NCBI RefSeq assembly: GCF_018977255.1
Contig: NW_024704743.1
Span: 104,534,001 to 104,598,000, forward strand
Source of the DNA: Callorhinchus milii
Lineage: Eukaryota
Direction of reading: 5' to 3'
Length of the DNA stretch: 64,000 bases
The position numbers and the translations under genes are program-made. Positions 39,878 through 51,758 of the stretch are shown piece by piece. The first letter of the stretch is position 1, and each line of letters opens with the position of its first letter. Below the pieces are notes generated by a model, which did no database searches, was not told the origin of the DNA, and saw only the letters and a list, made by a program, of their open reading frames with translations.

Positions 39878-40510
39878 TTCACTGTCAGATAACTTTCACT
39901 GTGAGATTACATTCTCAATGGGATTCACTTCACTGTGAAATTATCTTTACTGTGGGATTGGCTTCTCTGAAAGATTATCTATACTGTTTGATCATTTTCA
40001 CTGTTCGATTACCATCCACCAGAGGATAGAGTTGAAAATCCTCATCCTCACCTTCAAAGCCCTACACGGCCTTGTTCCTCCCTACGTCTGCAACCTGCTG
40101 AGGTAGGAAGTGACTGACCCCATAATCCGCTCCCTCCACTCAGCAGGCTGTGGCCTGTTGCATGTCCCCCGCCTGGCCTGCCCCAGTATCAGATGTCGGG
40201 ATTTCAGCTTCCTGCCCCCACTCTTTGGAACTCCATTCCACATTGCCTTTGCCTCACTCCCTCACTTGCCTCCTTCAAGGCACATCTCAAGACTCCACAC
40301 TTCGACCAAGCCTTCAACCGCTCTCCTACTCTGCCTTCCCTCCACCTTCCCCGATTCTGACCTCCAGCTCGGGTCCAAATCCCTGAGTGTCCAGCACCTT
40401 GGGACATCCTCCCGATGTGAAAGGCACTATACAAATGTAAGTTTGTATTGTATTTGTATTGTACCTTCACTGTTAGATTACCTTCACTATGAGATTATCT
40501 TCTCTGTTGT
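39878..40510. repeat. ~17-bp minisatellite interrupted by an L2 fragment
   Basis: cttcactgtgagattac-like units at 39878-40016 and again at 40464-40510. Confidence 0.8.
40017..40460 (+). mobile_element. L2 (type A) 3' fragment
   Basis: KILILTFKALHGL; type-A tail cttgggacatcctcccgatgtgaaaggc. Confidence 0.9.
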
Positions 40511-41079
40511 TTTTGCTGTTTCTGTTCATCTGAAGGGGCTGCTGAAACACAGGCATGAAAATAGATCTTAAAACTCACAAGTATAGAATTGATAGAGTGT
40601 ATTACGTGAATGTGTATCACATTCAAATTTGATTCTTACTACACTTTTATGGGGATTTTGTATCCTCAAACCCATTTTCTTCCTGTGTACCCTCAACATT
40701 CATACCCACCCTGTACATACAATCACCACCAATTTATTCACTATTGGCAGGCATATATTTTACTTCAAACATGCTACTTCTGGTATAATCAGGTCAGACC
40801 TTATACTTGGATCATCATACTAACATTATGCAGAGACATGGTTGCACTGAATTTCAATTACAGCTCTTGGCAATTCCCATCATTGAACCTTTCAATGTTC
40901 AGTTTACTTGGTAAACACAGTTTCCACCATGCAATATTAATGACATTCATAATGCTTTGAGAAATTTTAAGGCTGACTTTTACAAGGGAGAATTAAGAGA
41001 ACATTTGAAACCATTGAATATGTCTATATTGACAATGTCACATTTTCTGGGAAGCATGTCACATTTATTTGTATAAAAA

Positions 41080-41255
41080 CACAATACAACACAATTTATA
41101 TTTATACCAAGCTTTTCATTTTGGAAAGGTATCTGAAAGTGCTTGATACTGCTGGTCGGGTGCCCAAGATGGGGGGTGGAAGCTGAAGGCGGTGGGTAGA
41201 GAAATGATGACCGAAAGCGCGGTCAAAGAGGTAGGTCTTGAGATGTGCCTTGAAA
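41080..41255 (-). mobile_element. L2 3'-end fragment
   Basis: acaatacaac tail complement; gcggtcaaagaggtaggtcttgagatgtgccttgaa. Confidence 0.7.
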
Positions 41256-42769
41256 TATATTCATTGTGTCTTCCCTATTGATGTTGTGTGCATTACAGAA
41301 TAAAAATTGTATCAGATTTTGTTATTGAATCTCTGCTTATTTCCTTTCTTGTAGCTCCCCTGCCTCTTTTTGGAAGCTATTGGTGTACAAGTAGCTACTT
41401 GCTACTAGTCTGAAAGTGCTTCACAGAATATACTGTAAAGTGAATTGACTGCATAATATGGCACAATCTTGGGATAAATTCCTGAATTTATTGCAAAATT
41501 CTCAAATATCCATTGTTCCAAATTCATAGCTCAGGGTACATGAACCTCCAACTTCGAAGAGGGCAATACTGTCTCACAGAAGAACAAAAGCAAAAGTGAA
41601 GAAGAAGCAAAGCAACGCCTTATTCAGTAGGTGTTAGCTCGAAACTGATGGTTTATATTTGATGAGTTTCTCATGAACAATTTTGAAACCTGAAGTGTGA
41701 CATATTAGCATTCTGTGAAAGACAAACTGCTGCCAATTGTGTCAAAAACAATGCCATGACTGTCAATCAATCCTCAAACATAACAAGCACAATTGTACAT
41801 AGTGCCACCTCTGCTATATAAAAAAATATATTTTAAAAATGTCTCTGCCATCTCAGTGAATGAAAAAAAAGCTGTCACCTCTTTACAATGTGTCCATCAA
41901 TTCAATTGCGAATAAATAAGAGCATCTGTTTAAAGAGATACCCCAGCATTTTCAGTCGATAGAGCTCTCCTTAGCCCTTCCTTCCCCTTTACACATCATT
42001 TTAAATTAGTTTCTTCACATATAGAGAAGTGTTCCGTCACCGTCCATGTGCCACCGTGTGATTCATTTCCCCCTTAGCCGCCTCTGCATGATGTTCATCT
42101 TCCATTTAACTCTTGTGGTTTGATTCCGGCAGCAGAAATAGAAATTAAAGAACACATGGTCAAAATTCCATCTAGTCTTAGCCTGTAAGACCATTTTGCC
42201 TTACCATTTAAGATAGCACTGAATTATGCAGAATTGTTAAATTCTGAAATTCAGCCCTAGTTTGGAAGCCGCATTTCATAAAAAGTAATTTTAAAGCCTT
42301 CTTTGAGAAGGTGAGCATGAGTGTATGTTACTCCAAATGTGCCTTTTATTTCCTCATTTGTCTGGCTATATTTTGCTAATGGGGAGAATATGATGACAGG
42401 GACGGTATCCTACAACACAGCAGCTCAGTTTGAAATGAAAGCAGCTAGAACTTTGGCTAAAGCTCTCAATTCAGCTACTCAATTGCACAGCATTACTCTG
42501 ACAGCTGAGAAGCTAGGTCAAAAGGACCATATAGTAGCATTCCGGAGCACATTGTGTTTGGTTGGAGAAAAAGCGCACCTTTAATTGTCAAGTGATATTT
42601 CTCTGGAAATAACAAGCGACCTCACCAAATTGCTGAACCGGTCACTCGTCTACTGGGAAACACGTGCTTATATGGTTCTTAGGATAACAGAATGTGGTAC
42701 TGAGGTATATGGTTATACAATGTGACAGTATACTCCTTACACTCTTTTGTCCCCATTTTTCCCTCCTTC

Positions 42770-44375
42770 CTCTCAAACACAATCACCTGCATGAAGTTCA
42801 CTACCTGCTGCATCGAACCCGTCTCCACCTAGCTGCTGGTCACCCAACTCCCCCTCCTCTCCCCCCTGCTGGCCAACACGGTCAACCAGTCTCTCCTCAG
42901 GCTCTGTCTACTCTTCCATGAAAACTGCTGTTATCACACCCCTCCTCAAAAAACCCACCTACCCTTCCTTGCCAAAGTCCTGGAACGCATTGTTGCAGGT
43001 AAACTTCGGTCACCCCTCTCCCTCCACTCCCTCCTCAAGCCCCTGCAGTCTGGTTTTCGCTCTGCCCACAGCACAGAGACAGCGCTTGTCAAAGTCACAA
43101 ACAACATTCTCACTATCTGTGACCAAGGCCCCCTCTGCCTCCTCATCCTTCTAGATCTTTCTGCCTCATTTGACACAATTGACCACACTATCATTCTCCA
43201 CAGCCTCTACTCCCTCATCTACCTTAGTGGGACCGCACTCGCATGGTTCGAGTCTTACTTAACTAACCACCTCCATTCATCTCAGTAAATAGTGTCTCCT
43301 CCCGCTCTGGCCTGGTCACCTGCAGGGTACACCAAGGCTCTATCCTTGGCCCTCTTCATTTCCTTATCTATGTGCTCCCTCTGAGTGATGTCATCCACAG
43401 ACACTGAGTAAACATTCACATGTATGTGGATGACACACAATTCTACTTTGCATCCTCAAGTACCAACTTCAGGCCCACCGATATTCTATCAGCTTGTCTG
43501 GTGAACATCAGAGCCTGGATGAGTGTAATCTTCCTGCAGTTGAATATGGACAAGACAAAAGCCATACTCCTTGGCTCCCATCAACATTTTCACTGCTGCG
43601 GATCTAAACTCCTCAACCTACCTGGGATCTCCCTAGACTCACTGAACCAATGTGCAATGTAGGCATCTGGTTCGACCCCCAGCTATCTTTCCTTCCGCTA
43701 CATCTGGTCCCTGACCTGGAATGCCTTCTTCCACCTCTGCCACATTGCCCACCTCCAACCGTACCTCACCCCAAATACAGCCGAAACCATCATGCATGCA
43801 TTTGTCACCTCCTGCTTGGATTACTCCAACGCACTCCTCGCCAGTCTCCCCAGCTCCATTATTCAAAAGATCCACCTCATTCAGAACACTGCTGCCCGCA
43901 GACTGACCCGGACCAAACTCCGTACCCACATCTCACCAGTTCTGGCCAGGCTCCATGGGCTCCCATCACCGAACGGATCAACCAAGATCCTCACACTCGC
44001 GTTCAAATCCCTTCACTCTCTGGCACCTCCCTACCTCTCTGAGACCCTCAATCCCTAATCCACCAGCTGGCGCCGCCGCTCGACTGGCACCAGCCTCCTG
44101 CTCATCCCTCGCACCCTCCGCCCCACCTTTAGAGGTCACGCTTTCAGCCACTATGCCCCAAAACTCTGGAACACTCTCCTTCAATCCCTCCGCCTTCCCC
44201 CCACCCGCTCCCCCCTTTTTCAAGTCCCGCCTGAAAACCTTCCTCTTGATCTGTGTGGCCACCTCGGTGCCCCCCTCCGGCTCGGAGTCAGGCTCCGCCA
44301 CTGTCAAGTTCTCTGAGACGCTATCCTGCGTGGAGGGTGCTATATATGTGCAAGTTGTTGCTGTTGTTGTTGTTG
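42770..44375 (+). mobile_element. L2 LINE (type B), frameshifted
   Basis: KTAVITPLLKK, QSGFR, YVDDTQ, TSCLDYSNALL; type-B tail with (TTG)n. Confidence 0.94.
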
Positions 44376-45469
44376 ACAGCCTTGGTTTGTTAATTTGAGG
44401 TTGGTTGACTTTTACTGAGGGCTTTTCATTTATGAATAACTTATTTTCTCTAATTCGTTAACCTAAGGTAAACTCGTGTGAAAGGAGAGAATTACAATTA
44501 CTTTTTATGTTGCAAATTCCTGAATTTTGGCGTTGAAAAGGAACTGGTGATTTTATATGTGCATTGCATGGGTTGCCATTGGAATTTTATCTCCACTACC
44601 TAGTTTTTTGAGCAGCTGGGTATCTGACGCATGCAAAAAAGAGAATCACCATGTTTAAGTGTATCCAAACCAGACTAAGAGTTACACGTAGGTATGCTAT
44701 ATACATATGGAAATGTCCCATTTATCTGTAATGGAGTGTGTACTCGCTCACCGGAGGGAAGCACCCTACTAACCTAATTCTAGAATATATGAGGCATAAG
44801 TTGGCAAGAGCCAAGGCTTGAGGATCCCAGAGTGTGTGTTGCGGTACTGCTGAAATTTAATCAGCTAAAACTGTGCAGCTTGCTTTTGAAAGTGCAGTCT
44901 GACATATTTCTTACAGCATTACTGTGACAGCTAGATCAAAAGGAGCACAGTACACATGGCAGCTTTATTGAGCGTATTTTGTCTGATTGGAGAAAAAGTG
45001 CATCTTTAATTGTCAAATTATATTTGTCTGGAAAGAACGTGAGTTCACCAAATTGTTGAATATAAATGCTGTGTTGCGTCACTGGTGTATCAAATATCAT
45101 TTTATTCAACACCAAGTTGACATTCTAAGTTAAACTCCTTTGATCCCAATAGAGACGGTTAAAGTCTCCATTAAGGACGTCACTTGCCCTTTTAAGTGAG
45201 CAAGACTGCACTTACTTTCAGAGTGCACAAAACATAAATTAGTTTAAACTGAGCCAGTTTATCCAAGCATAAACTATTCTCCTGTACTTGAGAGGCACAT
45301 AATGTCCAGAAGATCCTTTCATTTTCTTAACTTCTATTCTGTATGGCAGGAGGCAGGATGGGACTTAAAAGCTTTTCATATTTTATTGGATTTTTGGTTT
45401 GCTGCTTATATTAACCACCCGCTGACAGTCACAAAAGATATCAGAAGAAAGGCGAAGTTAGAAGATCTT

Positions 45470-45700
45470 TTCTTCAAAGACAGGAATGTTACAATGCAGA
45501 ATTTATTATCACACATGGCTGTTGAAGCTGAGTCCATAACAGCATTTAAAAGGGAATAGGATAAATATTTGAGAAAAATAATATGAAAGGTTATCGGGAA
45601 AAAGGCAATGAAATGAGATTAAGAGCGAATCTTTCAAGTGGGGCTCCTGATACCAGCAAAGACATGAAGGTTGAATGACCCCCTTCTGTACTGGAAACAT
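45470..45700 (+). mobile_element. CR1 3'-end fragment
   Basis: FFKDRNV...AVEAESITAFKRE; gttgaatgacccccttctgtactg. Confidence 0.75.
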
Positions 45701-46045
45701 TCCATAAAAAAAGAGAGATTTGGATGAAGAAAGCCCTTTGGCCCATTTGACCACTTCCTTCCAGAATACCCACCCTGTCCTCCCATCATAGCATCGTTTC
45801 TTAAATGAGTCCAGTTTTCTGGCCACAATCACCCTTTCTGGTAATCAATTCCAGTTGTTACTTAACCACCTGGTGAATAATGCACAACAGCTTTACGGCA
45901 TGAGAAATATTTGTAGGATATTGCTGTGCCAACTGGCTGCTGTGTTTTGCTCACAAAATACACAATCACTGCATTTTACAGTATATCCTTTGAAGTGTTT
46001 TGAGACATCTCAACAATGTGATAAGGCACTAAATCAATGCTAGGC

Positions 46046-46078
<33 letters not shown>

Positions 46079-46162
46079 GCTTAACATGGGCTTATTCACC
46101 TTCAGCAGTTCCCAGCCTCAGCATTACAGCAACCATTGTGTTCAGTAGAGTATTTTATCATC

Positions 46163-47130
46163 TGAAGGGAAGTCATGCTTAACTAATCTTTCAGAGTTTT
46201 TTGAAAATGTATCTAGCAGGTTAGATAGGGAGGAACCAGTAGATGTAGTATATTTAGATTTTAAAAAGGCATTTGACAAAGTGCCACACAAAAGGCTATT
46301 GCACAAGGTTAAGGCCCACAGGATTAATGGGAACATATTAGCATGGATTGAAGAGTGGCTAACGGGTAGAAAACAGAGAGTAGGGATAAATGGGTCATTC
46401 TCGAATTGGCAGGATGTGCCAAGTGGAGTGCCACAAGGATCAGTGCTTGGGCCTTAGCTATTTACAATTTACATCAATGATCTAGACGAGGAAATTGAAT
46501 GTAACGTATCTAAATTCGCAGAAGGCAAACGGCATGTTAGCGTTCATTGCAAAAGGTTTAGAGCACAAGAGTAGGGAAGTCTTGCTGCAACTGTATAGAG
46601 CCTTGGTGAGACCGCACCTAGAGTATTGTGTGCAGTTTTGGTCTCCTTATTTAAAAAAGGACATAATTGCCTTAGTATAGATTCACTAGGTTAGTTCCTG
46701 GGTTGAGGGAACTGACCTATGAGGATAGGCTGAATAAACTAGGGCTGTATTCCTAGAGTACAGAAGAATTAGGGGAGATCTTATTGAAACATATAAGATT
46801 CTTAAAGGGCTGGATAAAGTAGACACTGAGGGTCTGTTTCCCCTGGTAGGAGAATCTATAACCAGGGGTCACAGTCTTAAAATTAAGGGTCAGCCTTTTA
46901 GAACAGAGTTGAGGAAACATTTCTTCACTCAGAGGGTAGTGAATTTATGGAATTCACTACCCCAAAAGGCTGTAGATGCTCAGTCCTTGAACATCTTCAA
47001 TGCTGAGATTGATAGATTTTTTAAAAATAGAGAGATTAGGGTATATGGGATAGGGCAGGTAATCAGAGCAGGCTCGAGGGGCCGAATGGCCTACTCCTGC
47101 TCCTAATTCTTATGTTCTTATGTTCTTATG
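46163..47130 (+). mobile_element. CR1 LINE 3' portion with internal deletion
   Basis: [61 protein letters not shown]; (TTCTTATG)n tail. Confidence 0.95.
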
Positions 47131-47539
47131 AATAAATGTAGAGGGAGGGTACAGGTAGATGAGATCTGGGAAATTAAAATACTGTAATTTCTCAGAAAAT
47201 GTATCTTTTTAACTATAGCTTTCAATCATTCAGCTGTTTTCAGTTTGTGCTTGATAATAATAGACTGTCTGTAGAAATGATTCAGACATCCTCCTGATGT
47301 AAAAGGCGCTATACATATGTAATTTGTTGTTGTATCTTGCAAAGCTCCTGCCTTATTTGGACAAAATTCCTTTCCTGACCTTTTTTTCTATATGTTAGGA
47401 AAAAATGATGATCGATTAGTCCTATCTCCGTCACAAATAAAATTACATTATTTCTCAACCAAATCAAAATACACCTAATGATCCATTTTCAATAGAATTA
47501 TTGATTTTTGCATTTGAATTATTGGACATATTAAATAAC

Positions 47540-47612
47540 CTGAAACAAAAACAGAGAGAGCTGGGAAAACTCAGCAGGTCAGGCAGCACCTATGGAGAAA
47601 GGAAAGTGAGTC
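47540..47612 (-). mobile_element. Penelope-like element terminal fragment
   Basis: 73 nt; reverse complement differs by one base from 57921-57993. Confidence 0.7.
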
Positions 47613-49502
47613 ACGGCCCTTAAACAACCTGTATGTAGCACATTGTCCAGAAGTATCACGCTCTGACAGTACATAGTAGACAAATGTACACCGTTAATCT
47701 GGTTTACATGAGAATCTTTAATACATCACTTGCACAACCAATGTGTACATGAACACACTGATGGGTGGTCCTTGTGTTAACACGAGTGATAATTAACACA
47801 TGGTAGAAAAATGTGAACAGTCATTAACTAAAGACATTGACTGGGTCATGGGAATCACATTCCCCCACCTTCCCCCCAACCCGAATGTGCTCACTGATTG
47901 TCACAGATGGGCTGCGTTGGATGACATTTCAGTGGCATCTCACCTAACTCTTACTTTGCTATTATGTTAATCCATTATCCTAAAGCCAGCAGTCTACTGC
48001 CACCGGTCGGCATTCTGATGAGTGTGTGGCTGCAGACTCAAGCATCACAAGATCCCATTATTGGTTTGAATGAAGAAGGCCATTGTGTACATCTGATCTC
48101 ATCTCTCCAGAATACCCATTGGTCCTTTTGTTAGAAGATAACACTTGTCCTTTTGTTAGAATTACCATTAACGAACAAATAAATGGTAAAAGATTATTTC
48201 ACCCGGGTGATATTTAGAAAAGTAAGACCAGACCATATCAATTCCTCTCATCACAGCATCAAGATACCTTTTAATCCTGGTAGAGTTTGTGGGTGAGGTG
48301 GGGGGTCACACCAGCGTACTTTAGCTATCAACCAGTCCCAGTTTTCAACTAATTGGTTATAGTTTTCACTTCACTGTAATTCATAATGCATATTACATTT
48401 AAGCCATAGATGGCAAGCAGGGTAGGCATACCAAACACAATAAGTGATTGGGGGGTGGAAGAGTTTGTAAATATCTTCAAGAAAAGCATTAGTGGAAAAC
48501 TGATGTGAGGAAATATATATCTAATACGCTAGTGAATTTAAATTCCTTGTCAGGCTGCTACAGTCACACAGAACAATGATTATAAATTTTCAAAGTTGCC
48601 TGTCATTTACATGAATTATAGTTACCAGGTTCAATATACATCAAGTGTTTGCAATTTCAAGATGATCCCTATGAAGAAGCAAAGCAACATTTATAAATCA
48701 CTTTGTAATGATTGTGAATTTCTGGCAACAAATGCCCAACTTTCAAACTTGCTTTTTTTCACTACAAGAGAGGACATGACTGATCCCGCCGATCAGGTTA
48801 TTAATTACTGTACTGAAGAACCAGACTGCCTTGTAAATATTCCAGTCCCCATAAAACAACAGTGCACACACTTTTGCAACTTTTTTTTTGTGTGCACTTT
48901 AACACACACAAATACTTGTGCAATAGATTTTTGTGAGGTGGTCTAACCTTGCCTGCACTGTTGCAAATAAGTACAAATCAATGGTAAAATGTTATTTCAC
49001 TCAGGTGATAATTAGGAAAGGTAAAGCAGACGATGTAACGCACAATGATTTCATCAGCTGTTCATTCTACTAATCAAGGATTATTAATCATCGCCATCCT
49101 TCACTTTGCTGCTGTAGAACTTTTCATGTCAAGAGGATCTCTCAAAGCCTTCACAGGAGATTTTGTAAAGTGGAGTGACTGTGTGTTTTGTAGGCAAACA
49201 TGGATTATCAAGTAGCAACAAAAACATTTCAAGTCGCCTTATCTGCAAAATAAACCTTCTAGTTTGATTTGAAAGATGTTGCTTCTATTCACCGTTCATG
49301 CAGCTTGAGAAGAACAGTTTGGGTATTGTGAGCACAAATGCCCCACCCCCACTAACCTGTTTAAATTCCGAAATACATTTGCAGCCTTAATATAACAAAT
49401 GACTTTGTTTTGTCACATATAATATGATATGTAATTAGAAATGTGTCTCAATCGATTTGCAATATTTATAACTATATTAATAATCCTTGCATTTGATACA
49501 AA

Positions 49503-49880
49503 GTGGAGCCCTGTAGCTCAATGGTTAGAGCACTCGCCTCGCAAGTGAGAGACCTGAGTTTGATTCCCGACTGGGCAAAGCGTTGAGCAAGTTTCCTTAC
49601 TCCATACTCTTCTGTTTATCTAGCAGTAAGTAGGAACCCAGTTGTTAGTAGATTGGTGGATTGCTTTTCCTGGGTAATAAGTCCTTCAAAATAAAAATAA
49701 TATAAATTAGTCACTCAATCCACGACTGTTTTTGGGACACTGCTGTGCGCAATTGGCTGCCGCGTTTCGCCCACAAAATATACAGGCAATTCACTTAAAG
49801 GTATAGTCTGTGATGCACTTTGAGACAACTCAAAGATGTGATAAAGCGCTATACAAATGTAATTAGTTGTGTTGTTGTTG
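49503..49880 (+). mobile_element. Long-form SINE, full length, with (TTG)n tail
   Basis: gtggagccctgtagctcaatgg head, complete CORE-like block, ends tacaaatgtaattagttgtgttgttg. Confidence 0.9.
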
Positions 49881-49884
49881 CCTC

Positions 49885-50260
49885 ATGTATGCCTAAAGTT
49901 TTATCTTAAATACAAGGATACTATTTGCTTCAACCACAGTTTCTGTCAGTGAGTTCCACATTCTACATAAAGAAGTCCCACTGCACTTTCTACTAGATCT
50001 ACTAGTAGTATATTTATTTATATTTATATATATATTTATTTATATTTATAGCTTATATTTATTTATGCCTTCGTGTTTTGGACTCATCAACAAGTGGAAA
50101 CAACCCATTAAATCTATCCTATCAAACCCTTTCACAGTCTTTAAAACAACTTATCAGGTCCCTATTCGATCATCTCCACTCTAGAGAGAAAAGCTCCGAC
50201 CTGTCCAATCTTTCTTGATTGCTGTATCTACTTATCCCTGGTAGCATCCTTGTAAATCCA
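49885..50260 (-). mobile_element. CR1 fragment with embedded (TATT)n
   Basis: gagttccacattcta, aagtggaaacaa, tctagagagaaaagctcc are reverse-complement CR1 ORF2 3' motifs. Confidence 0.7.
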
Positions 50261-50635
50261 AGACAATGCATTGCCACTGCTGCATAGAATAATACGCATA
50301 TCTTAGTAACTCTGAATCATTTTTTATTAGCCACTTAAATGTTTACCTGTAAAGAAAAATTAGTCTAAACACACAGGAGGCAAATATGATAAGTGGTGGC
50401 TCAAATATTTATTTTAACATCCAACTGACAAAAATGATTAAAGGTGTATCTTTTGCAAATGTTCGGTGCAAATAAGATTGAATTGGAAAGAGATTCTGAT
50501 TGTACTGAGCTCCATGCTGGAAGCTGCTGTTTCTTTGGTTTGTTTTATGGAGATTTCTATGGTTGCTTTTTTAACACGTTACTTGCATATAGCCATTCCC
50601 TTCACTACAAAGTGCTTTGAGATGTGTTTGACATG

Positions 50636-50838
50636 ATAATAATAATAATAATAATAATAATCCTTGCATTTGATATAGCGCTTTTCACGTCTTCTCGACG
50701 TCTCAAAGCGCTTCACAGTTAGACTGTAAAGTGAATTGACTGTATATTTGTGGGCGAAACGCGGCAGCCAATTCCGCACAGCAGTGTCCCACAAACAGTC
50801 GTGGATTAAAAATGACCAATTTATTATTGTTTTGTTTT
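50636..50838 (-). mobile_element. SINE 3' half
   Basis: (AAT)n-tccttgcatttgatatagcgcttttcacgtcttctcgacgtctc. Confidence 0.92.
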
Positions 50839-51339
50839 GCCCTTATATCAAATGTAAAGCATTATTTAAATCTTCTTTTACCATTTTGGTTTCCTCCCAC
50901 TGCTTCCAAAACTCCCACACTGTCCAGCTCGACCAACTGACTTATTTTTGTATAATTAAGAATTATGCTAGCATTGCCCAAGACTCATTATTGAAGATGC
51001 CTCCTTCAATAATGTGTGCTAGGATACTGTTAATATTAGCATAAGATGTGGGGATCTGAAGTGGTGGCACCCAATACTGTTTAGCCATATTTGGTGGTAC
51101 CACCATTCAGACATTGGGCAGTGGTTATTTCAAAGCACATTCTGGAATAATTATTATTAGTTTCATTATTATATTTTTATAATAATATGCTTGCCTTTAA
51201 GACTTCTAGTCTGCATTTATTTAAAATCCTTAACAATCTTTTCCTTTGATTTAGCATCAAAAAAATATAAACACTTCACAGGTAATTGCTATCACGGGTT
51301 GTTTGTGTTTCTCGGCAAAAGCAATAGCCAATCTTTGGA

Positions 51340-51508
51340 TAGCAAGTGTTCATTAACAGCAACAAAGTGAATGACTGGAAGATCGTTGGCACCTCTGACA
51401 ATACAATGCTCCTCCTACTGGACTATCAGCCGAGACCGTGTGCTCAGTATGGTTTGAACCTATAACCTTCTGATCCAGAGGCAAGGATGCGACCAACTGA
51501 GCCAAACT
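51340..51508 (-). mobile_element. Deu-domain SINE 5' fragment
   Basis: ggcacctctgacaatacaatgctcctc...tttgaacctataaccttctga...accaactgagcca. Confidence 0.7.
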
Positions 51509-51514
51509 GATTTA

Positions 51515-51758
51515 GGATTTTTTTTCACACAGAATGTTGATGGGGTATAGAATACCCTGCCAAGTAAGGTGGTGGAGGCAATGTCCATTGTGGGTTTCAA
51601 GAGGAAATTAGACAGGTAAATGAAAGTTAGAGGCTTGAAGGCATATGGAGAATGGACAGGGAAGTGGAATTGAAAATACAACTTGCTCTGAGAGGCAGTG
51701 CAGAGTTGATGAGCCAAATGGCCTCCTTCTGGTCTGTAAGTTATTATGATTCTATGAC
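51515..51758 (+). mobile_element. CR1 3'-end fragment
   Basis: tttttcacacagaatgttg (FFTQ), gagccaaatggcctccttctg, atgattctatga tail. Confidence 0.85.
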
